A stretch of 60,952 nucleotides of DNA, filler included, from Sphacelaria rigidula (GCA_964200075.2; 8 parts of 8 records of this genome joined end to end with filler, not necessarily neighbours in it); one strand, 5' to 3'. Counted from the first letter of the whole stretch, positions 11,965 to 26,241 are shown. The notes: generated from the sequence alone by a model not told the origin. Made by a program: numbers and translations.

Positions 11965-14900
11965 CTAAAGCCCATGTAACTGGCGTCTAACCGGGCGGGT
12001 CCTGCGTGGTTAAGGGAGGTGTTCCAATGCAATGCCAGACACGCGATACACATTGTCATGATTGACAGCGCATGATGAAATATTCGCCCACGGGTATCTG
12101 GTCAACACTGGATGGCTCCATCTTACACCGAATGGCTCCATCTTCATGGTCATTACCTTGTCTTTGAAAGTCGAATGCCACGGTGTACCATGCCACCCCG
12201 TGCCCCGAAAGTCGCACACCTTGCAGTTACGTGTTTTCCCTTTGAACACATTTCAGGCAGAGTCCAACATATGGATCCGCAAGTCCCTGACAGCACTCAC
12301 TTTCACCCAAACCATGGCCACTGCCCTATCGTGTCTATTTCACAAGGGTTGCGGCGTGATGGGATTCGGTGTGCGTTGTACAGACGGTTGGGTGGTATTG
12401 TAGAGGCCAAATGAAAATCGGTATGTTGTCAAAGTCCTTCTAGATACCACTTCATGTTCGTCACCTCGCGATACCGTTGGTGGCTATGTGTTCTTGAAGC
12501 GCCAGTTCACAAGGCTCATCGGTCATCCACTACACGTTGCACCTTACCAACCTACTTGTCCTCCTCGTCACACATTTCGTGGCTTGTTTTACCCTTTCAT
12601 TGTATGGACCTGTACCAGATGGTGACGGCCGAGCAAACGCGGTATAAAACCGTCAGCGGGAGTGCGTTTTCGGATGGAATAGATCGCAAGGTGCGCATCA
12701 TGATTAGAGCTATGATACGTGGATGAGGTATCAAGCTCTCATCGTATGGTCTCCATTGATTTCGACATTTGCTCACTTCTGTCTTGTGTGAGTGTGTAGG
12801 TAAACAACATGGTCGAATAGTGTCGGTGCGTGTGCTCGTCGCCAATTTACGGCTCTCTAGTGTGCAGCATAGACTATACTTGAGGTCATCTGCGGCAAGC
12901 AGCCGATTCCATGCGAATCAGATGTTGAGCACGTTTTACGATCACCAACAGCAAAAACATGGCTAGCACCCATGAGGGATACAGAACGGCCTGATATTTC
13001 TTTATTTTTTCGGGTAGCGCCGTCATTCCTGACATCTACTGTCTTTTCTGACAATCACTTCAATAGTTGCAAAATATAGGTACTGCGTCGATACCTGGGA
13101 GAGGACAGACCACTAGAGGACGTGGCGTTTCACGTCCTTCTGCTCCGTGTTTCATGTGTCTTGAGTGGGTGAGATACGCCGTTTTGGAAGCCTTTGTGCC
13201 AATCGCACGTATCGACCATATGTAGGATGGTGCTTCAGATGTACGGACCTGAGAGCCGGAAGGAATCGGACTGGGTGAGGTTGTAGGTTTGGGACATGAA
13301 GGTTTGGGACATGGAGGTTTGAAGGTTTAGGCCCAGATACCGACGTCGGCCTACTTTCCACTGGTACCCATGTCTTGCACCAATATCTAAACGGTTGTTA
13401 AAACCACACCAACGACCACAAACAAAAATCCCACTTCCGGACTGAGTCGGTCACCAAACGGTGGATCGTTGGAGTCGCTTCTTCTTGTCCGTGTTCCTGT
13501 CTACTACGTCATCCTCAGCAGCAGCAACCGCCAGAGAGGATATATATGGTGTAATTGTTTCGTCGTGCGCACAATTCATGATCCATTCGTTTCGGCGCGA
13601 TGGTGTTGACTAAACTCGGCGTTTGACTGCATAATGGCAATTAAGTGGAGCACACCATATACGACCGCGGTTGCAATACTCCATTTTGATTCTATGCGCT
13701 TTGGGTTCTACGCCAACTGTGATTTTTTATTTCGATGAAGGGTACTCGTCGCAACCTCGTGGCCATGTGTCAACAAAAATATGCATTTATAGCAATAGTT
13801 CGGCCATCCTTTAGCTCGTAGGGAGCAAGATCTTCCCAAACTGGCCCCTGTGCTCTGAACGCCCAGGTGTGGGTAGGGAATGTTGTTGCTCATGCCCAGG
13901 GCGGCCAGGAAATTGCTCACCGGTCTGTAAGCATGGTGTGGGGCGACACTTGCAATGCCGAGGTAAGTATTCTAAGTAGGGAGCATCTGCGCTCGGCGCG
14001 CGTACGGGTCAGCAGCTTGATTTTGAGTTTTGAGCACATGTTCGGCAGAGAGTTGTCGCAGGAAATCCTCTCGCTGGAAATACAAGGTTTCACCGAGGCG
14101 GACGGTGATAGAGAAGGGGTTAGGGAAAGAAGAGACTCCATCGATTTTGAGGATGCTTGATGCACCACTGTCGTAGCAAATTCGCACCGCGCTATAAGTG
14201 GGGAAGGGTACTGGATACATTCCACAACAAAACGCACGCTCTTGACCATCTCCATGCGGTTTCAGCATGTTGCCGACTACCATTTCTGTGATGTGTGCTG
14301 AACCTGCTGTCGTTGCTAACGTTGCTACATGTTCGTCCGTCTAGACGTTTTCGCTTAAGATGATTACGGAGTGCGAGAGTGGTACGACCTCAATCTCCAA
14401 GACCGTTTCGTGCGTGTCACAGTCATCAGCGGAGTTCTGCTGGATCGAGGTGAGCTGAGTGGTGAGCGAGAACATTCATACACAATCTACAATGAACGAC
14501 AGCGTGGATCGAGCATTGAACCACTTTCCATTCATTTCGTGTTTTTCTTTGCCAAGGTCCAACATGGAGTGTCTTATGCAATATGCTGCCTATACGCCGC
14601 CGTAATGCCAGCGTAAATTTCCCTCAAGCACGAGTGACGATATATGAGAGCTACTATCCATTTCCAGTGGGTGCATACCCGCTGTCTTTGGAAGAGGTCG
14701 GGTGAAACCTTACCACGCACGGTGCTCGTGACCAATCACCGCATCACTCGTGTCTGCTGCCTAAAATGACCAACATGTGTATTAACCATACAGGCCTCGG
14801 CGAAATGCAATCGTGGTTTAATCAATTTCCGACCGCAAAGACTGCGCGCCACCACCAGTACGGCAGCAGCTGGTGACTACAGCACGCAGGCAGCTCGCTC

Positions 14901-15081
14901 CCGTACCTCACGTCGTTCCAAAGGACGAGAATTGCAGTCGTCTCTCACCGAGGTAAATGCTGTACTGTACCTCTGTCCTAGGTCGCTGTTTGTAGGGATA
15001 CTATAGTCCTAGGTCGATGTTTCGCCATGTGACTGTAACAGTGTGCTTTCCTTTAATTTTTGTCCGCAAGTTTAGAGGGTA

Positions 15082-15164
15082 GGGGGGCGTACTCATTTAT
15101 TGCTTGCCTTAGTCGTTTGACCATTGACCACGCTTCCCTTTCGAGACGGAGCACCGTTCCTACT
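15082..15164 (-). mobile_element. 3' tail of the poly(C)-tailed LINE
   Basis: Reverse complement matches 32642-32725. Confidence 0.9.
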
Positions 15165-15264
15165 NNNNNNNNNNNNNNNNNNNNNNNNNNNNNNNNNNNN
15201 NNNNNNNNTTAATTAATTAANNNNNNNNNNNNNNNNNNNNNNNNNNNNNNNNNNNNNNNNNNNN
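15165..15264. other. Artificial scaffold linker
   Basis: Same 100-bp N/TTAATTAATTAA/N structure. Confidence 0.99.
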
Positions 15265-17306
15265 CTACAAAGCCGTGATAGAGCACGCCGAGCTTTCGTC
15301 GGACCAAGCCAAGGCGCGCGCGGGGGGGGGGGGGTAGACTAGGATTCACACCTCCCCTCAAGGTGCCATGAAAGCTACAGAGTAACTGGTATTTGCGAAC
15401 CAAGAGGAAGTGATACATGGAAGTAGGCAACTGGCAGACACGCAGCAGTTGCCGTGGTGATTGATCGAAAAACACACACGAGCCTTCATCACCTTCTGTG
15501 GGAATACATCAAGGGTCGGACAAATAATGATTCGTCTCAAAACTACTTGGTTTTGAGTCGACTCGTGACGAATCAATCCCTCGGACTTATTTCAGCGTTG
15601 CGAGCCAGGTACACGCAGCCCAGTCACGTGGAATGGCGCAAACGCTGCGTGGATACCCCTTGGACCAGCGATCAACTCTGTACTCCCTTTTGGGCAATCA
15701 GGCCGAAGAAATCATGAATTTGGTGATTTTGAGTCGTGATGATTTGTCCTAACCGTGGAATACATAGAAATCATGACAAAATAAAAAACAAAAGATAATG
15801 ACCGTCCCTTTTCATGGCGTAGGACATATCAACTGCATTTGTCGTATGTGCACGTTGTAGTGGAGGGTGGTCATTTCTTCCGAGAAAAGAAGAAGAAGCA
15901 CGTACTGACTGTACTCAGTGATTTCACGATATTGTACTGTCTGGATTATACTGTAACGTGAATTCTTGTGAATCTTCCATAGCTACCTACGCAACCGCGA
16001 CCGCCGTTTGATAAATATTAACGTTGCTGGAAATACCTACTGCTCCCACGGGAGCTACGCCTCGGTCGAGCTATGGGTTTTGCTGGGTCGGAGCAAGGCA
16101 GCCTATGTTAAACTATCTTGGGAACCGTTAGCACCCTAGAACGGGGTGTTGGCTCTGCGTCAGCGCGGTGATTGGGTCCTTGCGGTGCTGTGGCTTGCTT
16201 TCATACTCGGCGATTTTCGCAATTTGACCCTGAGACAAATACCATGTGGAAAATTGAGGCCAGCGTTTATGGAAACGACACGCACAGCGAGAGGCGAGAG
16301 TGGGGTTTGGATCCCTGTCTGCAAAGTCAATTCTCACTGTGCCGTGGGTCCTTCGGGATAAACAACGGCACATAATAGCCTGATGCCCCGTGTTGCGCCC
16401 GGGCAGCTTATCGGTATTTCAAAAAGAGTAGCCGAGAAACACAAAAGCTCCGGGCCTAGCCCAAGTAGGCCGCTACTGTGCATGCACACAAGGCTTGTTT
16501 TGGTCGAAATCCGCTCCGTATGTCATCCAGGAGCTACGGAACTTAGCGTCGGCGCTACTTAGTATTAGCGTCTTTGGGCTGTCGGGTTTCCGCCTGTAAA
16601 ATCCATACCCTGGACAATAGAATACACATTCAAAAAGTGTGCTGCGTACAGTATCGACTACTGCGCCTATTGCAATAGACAATGGATTCTATACTGTACG
16701 CAGTACGTTTTTTTACAGTGGAATAGTTTGTCCAGGATGTGGTAAAATCACAAAAAAAAAGTACCGCAATGAGTGAGCCGTACTATCTGTTACGGTGCTG
16801 CCCTTTGGGTTCATAATGCGCACGTAAAAACATCAGGCGACGTCAGGTTGGCTTCTTCGAGGGCTGGAGTCAAGGGGCGTGCCGCCAGTGGTGATGAACG
16901 CACAAAGCCCGGCACTGTACAACATTCACCCCCACTTCGCTCTCAATGCCTGTGTGTTTGTGTGTGTTCTACGCTTACTGTGGAGCAGGAGGTCCGTGCT
17001 CAAAATATATTGTTTTGAATCAAAGCCAACAGATTTGGCTTTGACAAAAGAGCGACGCAACCAAGAGTTATGGGGGAAGTACTTTTGGACCACACTTACG
17101 ATACAAAAAATTATGTTACTCTGGGGAATTCTCGCCATTTTTTTTTGTGGCGAGCAAAACTATATACACTTTTGAAGTCTGCATTTTGGATCCACAACGT
17201 GGCATTACAAAAAAATCATGAACGGAAGTGAGGGATTTTTATTGAAGCGTTATTGTTCACCGCACAAGTAGTCTTATCTGCTCCAAGCAGGTTCATATGT
17301 GACTGC

Positions 17307-18356
17307 AAGGGCTTGTCACGGGACGAAAATCACACGGTATGACAGACGGGACGGGATATCCCGTCTCGCCCCAACACATTCGCCAATCGCCCCATCCCGT
17401 CCGTCTATTTTGGGGCCAAATGAGATATCCCGTCTGTCGCATCCCGAATCTCACGGCATGCCTTATCATATTGTACGGGACGTCCTGTTTTATGGTACGA
17501 AATTTCGAAGGGATATTGAAGAGCTTGAATACTTGCGAGATTGAATGAACATATGTTGAGGTTTCTGAGATGCAGAATCTGTAGGAAGTGTACAGAGAAA
17601 CACGAAACACAAGCAGCAGCTGGGCATTACAGTATAGTCATGACAGTGGTACACGAATTCTCTCGAGCGTCCGCACTAGTACACAGGAGACTACAGAGTT
17701 TTCGCCCAACCAGGAATTCCAACCAGATTTTGTAGGGTTGATGGAGCTTGCTACCTTCAGGAGCCGAGCGAGTACCGATGGCACCCGGTCGGCTAGTGGT
17801 AGCAACCGTTATCATTACAATCAACGACGTTACGGAAGTGAAGTACCTGCCGGAGAGTTTATGAGTACAAAACCCGTGCATCCATATGAGGAAGACTTTT
17901 TCAAGCCCCATACCCAACGCAGATGAGCATACTTTGCATAGTTCCGTCTGCGACTGCATGTATGTTGCTAGCTTATTTGATTCTTGAAATGGTCATTGCC
18001 ATGTCTCTGGTCGCTCTTGTCTAGGGCGCGACGCAAGTGTAATTGGCGATTATCCCACGTGGAAACCGGTGAAAGATCGTTCGTGAGGGTCAACAATCGG
18101 CCCTGCAAAATTTGTGGTTGCACGGTGCTCCTGTGGGCTCGGTTATCCACATATTCCCGTGAAGACGAGAAGCATTTTTCACGAGACGATACCCGTTCGC
18201 GCCGTGGCTTTCGGTCCCTGCCACGACGGGAATCTCATGAGACAAGATTTATTCGTCGCATGAGGTTCGGGACGGGTCGGGATATATCCCGTTCGTCCGA
18301 TCCGTCGTTTTTTTCAATGGTTGCTATCCCGTCCCGTCTTCCCGTGACAAGCCCCG
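17307..18356. mobile_element. hAT-like non-autonomous element with CGGGAC/GTCCCG subterminal repeats
   Basis: TIR GGGCTTGTCACGGGA / TCCCGTGACAAGCCC; no TSD recovered. Confidence 0.7.
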
Positions 18357-18462
18357 GTATTTCGAGATTTCAATACCTACCGTAGCCGCCTGATCAGGTA
18401 TTTTTAAAACCCATAACTACGATACCCACACATACCACGGTATTGGATACCCCGGTAAATGC
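18357..18462. repeat. Fragment of a GGTAT/ATACC-rich MITE-like repeat (longer copy at about 20555-20755)
   Basis: ggtatttcgagat...cctaccgta...ataccacggtat...ataccccggtaaatg is shared between the two sites. Confidence 0.7.
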
Positions 18463-19145
18463 CAGACGCGATGCACTCCCCACGGTGCAACAGCTAGTGC
18501 CAACTTACGCAAAGGCCAGAAGTTGTCGGAGCAGGTACATCTTGTTTTCACAAGTAATATATACCCAGACCCCCCCTGATTCTCGTGTTTGGATCAATTT
18601 GAATGAATTTATTACTATGCAGTCTGAAGTGCGGTCGATTTTTTTCTCTCGATCTGATAGGTTCACCGCATTCCTGTTCATAGAAGGCTTCAACTCAAAT
18701 TTGTAAGTAGTGGCGCATGAAGAAAAACTACAAAAACAGTAAGCTGAGCTTCTCCGATCGAAACAGGCGGTCGAAAGGCACGCAGCGGCACTTGACTCCT
18801 ATTTTACAGACCACCACGCCAGATAACAGCCGTTCACAGAACCATGCTGACTCCATCCAACTCATTCTCAGCTACCGCCGCAACCCTGCAGCATCGAGTA
18901 CGAGTTGAGCGCAGGGATAGATACACTGCACTATTTGGGTATGCTTTGTTTATTTTTGTCGGCGAGAACTTCCGCACCTTTTTTCATGCTAGGATCAGCG
19001 ACGAAGCTGCGTGGTATGTTGGGCAACCGAGTTGCGTACACGCTCATGGACAGTGCAAACAGTACAAGGCTGCACGTCGTTGAAGCCCTGGGCTGTCTGC
19101 ACTGCACGTTGCCCCCTTCTCTTTAAAATCTTACTGTACGAAACA

Positions 19146-19177
<32 letters not shown>

Positions 19178-19265
19178 CTCGAAACACACTGCTTGCAAGC
19201 AGTGCAGACAGTACAGACTGTCTGTACTGTACAGGCTGGGCCGCCCAAGATGCGAACAGGATTGT

Positions 19266-19555
19266 TGACACGCGAGTCGTGAGCTCAATTTTGAGTCGTT
19301 TTTGGTGTAATTTTGACACGAGGTAAAAGACGTACATGCAAAGACCCGCAAAACCTCCCCGTTTTCATTTTTCCTCTTCGTGAGTTGTTGGCAACGGAAA
19401 ATTTCAGCACAGTTTTTTTCGAAACAAATTTGCCAATAAATAACGAAGAAAAAAGGGGGGGAGGGGGGATTTTGGGGATCTTTGCATGTACGCCCTGTAC
19501 ATTATTTCAGAATTCCATCACAAACGACTGAAAATTGAGCTCAAGACTCGCGTCA
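19266..19555. mobile_element. Fold-back MITE with ~95-bp arms; a related copy follows at about 19612-19850
   Basis: TGACACGCGAGTC.TGAGCTCAATTTT...CGTACATGCAAAGA / TCTTTGCATGTACG...AAAATTGAGCTCAAGACTCGCGTCA; second IR 19646-19686 / 19770-19810. Confidence 0.8.
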
Positions 19556-22500
19556 TTCTGTGGTATACCGGTTCCTACAGTATATGGAGATGGACCAGCC
19601 ACGAAGAATTCGAACGCGATCATGCTGTTTAATTTCAATTTGTTTTCGATGATATTTTGACACGATGTACAGGACGTATGTGCGAAGACTACTTTTGAAC
19701 CCCCCCTGTTTTGAAATGTTTCATCGCCAATAACGCATGGAGAAAAAAAACGGGAGGAACGAAGGGGTGTTCGCACATACGTCCTGTACATCATACCAAA
19801 ATTTCATCGACAACGACTAAAAATTGAGCTCGGGAATTGGGTCATTCTCTCGAAATCCGGTTTCTATGTGGATATGGAACCTCAGCCGGAAGTTCGCTTT
19901 GACTTTTCTTCTACTTTCGGCTCGGAGGTCTTCACAAACTGCTCGTTGGTTCGCACACTACTACCAGACATCTTGGTGCGCTGCGGGCCTCGTCTGCATG
20001 CCATCTTGGAATCTGAGCCTAGTGCGACATGTTGTACGATCGCAGCTTGTGCTGCAACACGCGGCACAACCGACTGTAACCGAAAAACCTATTTCAGCCG
20101 CTTTTTTGGGCTGATTCCGCCGCATATGGTACCCTCAACTCTTTACACTTTCGCACTTGACTACAGTTTGGTATTTCGTTTGATGAGACCTTGTCGGATC
20201 GCAGTGCTACACGGATTTGAAGACGCGCGCTGATGTGCCGATTACCACGATGTGTCATAAGCAGGCACAACTCGCGATACATCGTTAGTTAGAATGGGCT
20301 GAAGGAAAGTGAGCTTCTTAGGCGGCCCAGCGTGTACACGAATGACCATGTACCGTTTCACGAATTTCACTGTCTTTTTTCGATCGAGAGCTTGAAATTT
20401 TCTTGGACCCAACTCGACGAAAATGAGCGATTTTCGCTCAAATCATTTCACCGCCCCATTTTTTCGATCGAAAAAAAAAGCGTCAAGGCACGCCCTGAAA
20501 TGCTTCTCCGCACTGCTGGATGTCAGTTCTGAAATCGGTGTAGAGGGTAAGGCAGATACCCGGTACTGGTACTTGGGACATCTCATACCCTACCGATACC
20601 GATCTAATCGGGTATTTTCACATGTTATACCTACGACACCACGGTATTTCGAGATACCAGCGCCTACCGTATCCCCTTCATCAGGTATTTTCAAAAGCCA
20701 TACCTACGATACCCACGCATACCACGGTATGCGATACCCCGGTAAATGTCCGGGGTACGCTCGGTGCGGTACCTCACCTACGGTTCCCGTGAAATATTGT
20801 CATGATCTATCCCTGTTGGCTGTGTTGCCACACCTGTTCCCGAAGTGCTCGGGACAGACCACTCCCGTTCGGTCAACCCACCTTCTCATCCCAGTCTCGC
20901 CCTCTATTCATAGTAAGACCTGACCAACTCATAGCCACGAGACGTATCACTATCGCACGAACGGCCACAACCCTGGGTACCGTGGGCTGTGCCCGATACC
21001 TGTGGGTCCTCTTACCCACGAATAGAGTCAACCCGCATACAGTCGTACGGTACTCCCCGGTGCTGTGCGAGGACAGCTTGGGTAAATGAACAAGGTATGG
21101 GTATTTAGGCTCTTTCGCTTCCCCCAGTAATGACGGCACCAGAGAGAAGACGCAACTATTGCAAGTGACGCTTCTCGAGATGACACGAAGTCGCTTGAAC
21201 AGTCAAAGTGCCGCAAACCCAAAACGAAATTACCACAAGCTGTTATCCTCACAACAGGCAGCTCCACAATATCGTTGCATGTTCGGTGTGCGGTACATGG
21301 TCAAGCTGTGCCGGCTTGCGTTCATGTCAGAGAAGTTTCTCACTCAATGATGCACCGTGAAGCGGACAATACACACAAACTCCGTACCTGCGCTTCGTGT
21401 TATCCCCCCTGCGATCGCCGAAGCGCGCCCCCCGCCCACGCCAGGCGCAATGAATCCCAGTGCTCCGCCACATGAGCATGACAGCAGTACCGATACGGCT
21501 GCGGCTCCAAACCCTTTGCCCTCCATCATACACGTGAACCCCGACAGTGCACTTGATCGTTTTCCCTACTGCCTGCCTCTTGAAATACTGAGAAGGGTAC
21601 CAGTAACAAAGCACAGTACAATGGAAATGTATATTATCACTTCCTGCTGGGGCTGGGTGAGAGCTGTCTCAAACTACAGTACAGTACTCTGCAGCTTCCC
21701 GATGATCAAGGTGTTGGGATGTCTTGACCTAAAATAACATGACATGATGCACCGCGGTACAATCACAAATGACATATTCCTGCGTGGCATTTTATGTATG
21801 TTGTACGAATCACTACCGTTCCCGTCGGTCATATCCACAGAGGGGCGCAGATATGGGGCAGCTGCAAACCTGGGCGGTTGCACCTCATGGTCTGGTGAAT
21901 GTGACTACGGGGATAATTTGCGTGCTACATTGACTTGAGCCCTATACATTGACTTGAGCCCTATGTAGTATGTGAAGCAGTCAAGACTTGAAAAAATCGG
22001 GGCTGTTGGTTGTTTCCGCTAGGCAGCACGCGACCGCGTGATTCCTGGCGGAGCAGCACACTACACTCGGGGGGCTCTCATAGTATGTAAGGGGAGGGAA
22101 TCGTATGCTCCCCATCTACAATCGCAAAGCACTTTGGTATCTTGCCAAACTTGTACACGACGACCCTTGTAACATAATCGCTTGCATCCGATAAATCTAT
22201 ACCCAACATTGACCGCGCAAAGTGGCATGGCGAAGCGGGAGGCGGGTACTACGAGCCAGCGAGACATGCTGGTAACCGCCCTGAGAGTCGCATGGGCCTG
22301 TAACTCCGAGCGCCACCGGTGAGATGAGGGAGAAAAAGGCGGCCGCCAAAGACGGAGTGCAAAAAAGTCGTGTACTTCACCATGCCGGACAAAAGGGGCT
22401 CAAAAGATTTGTGGTAGAATGGGTGTTCGAGCACTTTCGGTATTACGAAAACTTCCACCACTCATTGAGCTGTTACTGTATAGCGACATGTGTTAAGATC

Positions 22501-22796
22501 GATCGCCATTTGGGCATGTGTGGAGAGATTTCCTTTTATGACGTGTAACCTAGTGAACGGCTGTTACAGGGGTAAGTTCGCAGGAGCCCCGAAACTTTCA
22601 TATCTGTACAGCCGGATCTGGGACCCCAAGGTAACAGGGATTTCCCCAGCGAACTGCTGGCTATCTCTGGGGATCACTCTTGACCAAGACTCTCAGACTT
22701 CGTCATCGGGCTAACTCGCTCGCGCTCGTCGAGCTTTCCCGAGTGATCCACTTTGCCTCAACCCCACGACTTACGGTCAATCCTTGACTACATAAC

Positions 22797-22896
22797 NNNN
22801 NNNNNNNNNNNNNNNNNNNNNNNNNNNNNNNNNNNNNNNNTTAATTAATTAANNNNNNNNNNNNNNNNNNNNNNNNNNNNNNNNNNNNNNNNNNNN
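22797..22896. other. Artificial scaffold linker
   Basis: Same structure. Confidence 0.99.
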
Positions 22897-23287
22897 AGCT
22901 TTCGGCCCGAGGCCTACTGATTATCTTGCATTTGGATGACAGCCTACAATGAGTTGCTTTATTCTGTGGTATCGAAACTTCCAGAGACAGCCATGGCTTT
23001 TACACTGCCTCATGGGTGTCTAACCGACAGGCAGTGGGGGGGGAATAGCTGCTAATACTTGGTAAGTCATCTTATTCATGAACCCAAGATTGAGTTACAC
23101 CGCAGTAAGTTGAATACTCCGGACGTATTCGATCATAGTGTCATTTTTGTTTTGTTGGTTCAGTGATTGATTGACGGTGGTTTGTGGTTGGTTTTGCTTC
23201 TCTTCTCGGGCACTAGCGAAGCATAACATGCCCAGGTACTCATCTGTGAAGTGAAAGGAAGATATCTATATATCTATATATATTTAT

Positions 23288-23650
23288 TACACCCTGGACA
23301 ATACAATATGTTTCCAATATATATTTGTCGATCAAATTGGGATTTTGCGATATATTGCCGGTGTAATATGTATTGGTACCCTTAGACTGCACACGTATTG
23401 TGCGCCCAATATATATTGATGTCGTGGGACTGCATGCATATTGCCCGACCAATATATATATATATATATATTGGTACTATTGGGTTGAATACATATTGTC
23501 CCATCAATATATATTGGAGCAGCGTGGGCGACAGCATATTACACCACCAATATATATTAGGGTCGCTTTGATGAGAACATACTGACCGGTCAATATATAT
23601 TGGGTCTGCGTGGGTGACAACGCATTGGCCGGTCAATATATAATAGATAT
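23288..23650 (+). mobile_element. Partial relative of the CAATATATATTG element
   Basis: Same terminus TACACCCTGGACAATACAATATG and same core palindrome, but different intervening sequence. Confidence 0.7.
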
Positions 23651-24000
23651 TATAAGTATTGTGTACGCTCTAGGAGAGATCCAGACGCGATGGATGCCGG
23701 AGCCCGTGCAGATTGGGAAAAGTTTTAAAGGGAGCCACAGAAGTTCGCGTGCATTACTCCGGAAAGTTGTCGAATGCGTTTGATATATATATATATATAT
23801 GTATACTGGTTAGAAAATATGGTGACAGAAAAGGCGACCCGGTATATATGCCTCCTGATACCTATCTGGCTACCGGTGCGAGGCCGCCCATCCCCTTTCC
23901 AGCATGTAGTATAAATATCTTGGCTGAACATCACGACGACAGGAAACGCGGGTCGATACGCGCCTTTCGGTACCCCTGTGGTCACCGGGGCTGTGTTGCT

Positions 24001-24947
24001 TATACCCTGGACAATACAATATGTTCCAATATGATGCCAATACTTTGTATTGGAGCCAGCGCAAATATCTTCCTTTCAATATATATTGTGTTGAGATGTC
24101 CGCGGAGATATTGAAGCAACGACATATATTGCTCGTGTCATGATCATGAAGTAATGTATGCCAATATATATTGGACATGCAGTTGCTCCGAGAATAAAAC
24201 ATTCAACGTATATTGTGCATGCCAGCCGTGTATATATTGAAGTGTCAATATATATCGAGTCTAGGCGATGCGTAGCATATTTTTTACCATGATATATATT
24301 GAACGCAAACCATGCAGAAGTATTGTTTTTCCAATATATATTGGGCACGCTGATCGGATAGCTATTGTTCAGCCAATATATATTGAACACGCTTGCGGAG
24401 GAATACATTGAGCATTTTCGGCATGTAAAATACGTCTTTGAATGGCGCCCGCGAACAAAGAACTGCGCACCATACTAATTCCAATACACTTTCCAATCTA
24501 TGTCGAAAATCAATATATTTTGCTACACCAACATGTATTGTGACCGTCGGTTCCCTCGTGTAGTATCCGCCCAACATATATTGGACGCATTGACGCACGA
24601 CATATTGGGGCGGCAATATATATTGGCGCTTTAGGTGTCGAGTATATTGAATCGTCAATATATATTGACCTCGGGTGGCAGCAAAGGTATTACTCGACAA
24701 ATATATATTGGTGCCTTCTCGCACCAACATAATATTACTCGGCCAATATATATTGAGGTGGCGCGTGTCGTGATATAGTGTTCGGTCGATATATATTGCA
24801 TGTCGCGAGCCTTGATATATTGATGGCACGATATATATTGACCCTCTCTCTTGTCATCATATTGCTCGCCCAATATATATTGACCACCCGACGCGTCGAT
24901 ATATTGAGCGGGCAATATATATTACATTTTGTATCGTCCAGGGTGTG
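24001..24947 (-). mobile_element. Second full copy of the CAATATATATTG TIR element
   Basis: Collinear reverse complement of 92-1051; both TIRs present. Confidence 0.85.
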
Positions 24948-25443
24948 ATATATATATACAAGGGGTTCGGCGGCTTCCGCCGCCACGCTCAATGAGATCG
25001 ATAGCCAAGGTACATGAGGACCGGTCATCATTGCTCGCAGTAGATGACGGAACAGATCAGAGCTTCAAGTGCAGTATATTGCGCTGTGTGCGTGTGGAGA
25101 CCCGTGTCCCGGGGGCAGGATATGAAGAAGAGGCTTGATGATGTTTTGACGATTTTACCGGTACGGTAGAACGGGCAAAATACTACCTCCACCGTCGAAG
25201 AACAGATACGAAGACACTCATTTACGTTTTCCACCCACAGCAACGGATAGGAACTCGATACCCGGGGACACAAAGACTTGCGACGGACACACACGAGTGT
25301 TCGCAACCATGCGTCCAGTACATTTGCACCGCAGAAACACCCATTGTACGGAACACGGTCCAGAAACAGCAACTGAAAAGGCATAAAATATTCATTCCCC
25401 CTCCTTCGTGGGCAACAACGAAGCAGGCAATACCCGCAGTGTA

Positions 25444-26241
25444 CTCCCTCTGGGCGGACTTATAAGCAAGGTTCGGACCAAAAGCGGTCTAACTCGGGCA
25501 TATGAAGGTCTTTTTCCGAACCGTTTCTGTTGTTTTTGGACCACCGCTGCGGAACGCACAGAACCGCTGTCTTTGAGAGGCCGCACCGAAAAAGTTCATC
25601 ACACACCCCAGCAGAAGTTGCTCGAAATCACCACCCCAACGTTTGGACCACCGCCCAAAAAAAGCCTTCGCATCTACTGGTGAGACATGTCTGCTGCTGA
25701 CAACGCCTCTCAGGGGCAAAAACGCAAGATTTTGGGTGATCTAGAGAGAGAAGAAGTCATTCGGTACCTGTTGACGCGCAGCGTCGATGGGGTGCTGAAG
25801 CGTGGTCTACGGTGCCCCAAACCGGGGATGATAATGAACTATCCCCCGCTTTTCGAGAGGGGACTCTTTATTTTTTTGCATCAAATGTCGTGCCCCATTC
25901 ATACGGGATATTCCGGGTTGTGAAACCTGTGACGGGGCTTGTTTATATGTCGCTGGGTACAAAAAAGCTGGATCTCCACCGAAGTGACTGACCAGGGGAT
26001 TTTTACGCACAATCTCCCCCCCCCCCCAACCTCATCTACTAGACTAACTGAGGCAAGCAACAAATGAGTACCCCCCCCCCTCCCCCAACCTCATCGATTT
26101 TTTTCCAATGTGGTACCTGATCATGTACAAACGTTGTCCGATGGTCCACAGTGCCCAGACGACCCGTTTGCGGCCATATCATACCAACCTTGCTTCTATT
26201 CCGTTTTTCCGAACCTCGCTTATGAACCCACCCAGAGGGAG
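25444..26241 (+). mobile_element. Internally deleted Tc1/mariner (Stowaway/DD39D-like) element
   Basis: TA|CTCCCTCTGGG...CCCAGAGGGAG|TA with ~34-bp TIRs; 25687-25805 encodes KRKILGDLEREEVIRYLLTRSVDGVLKRG, resembling the N-terminus of plant-type mariner transposases. Confidence 0.8.
26037..26081 (+). mobile_element. Very short 5'-truncated LINE tail insertion with TSD
   Basis: Flanked by CCCCCAACCTCATC at 26023-26036 and 26082-26095. Confidence 0.8.

Noticed and set aside
12000-12780. Possible decayed piggyBac-like transposase (minus)
   Set aside because: Only vague motif echoes across several frameshifts; cannot be supported without a profile search.
13917-14283. Possible hAT dimerisation-domain or exon remnant
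   Set aside because: Overlapping ORFs in several frames, none with a clear signature or splice-consistent structure.
22562-23228. TGTTA...TAACA suggesting one LTR
   Set aside because: The two halves are on different scaffolds separated by an artificial linker; no PBS, PPT or TSD confirmed.
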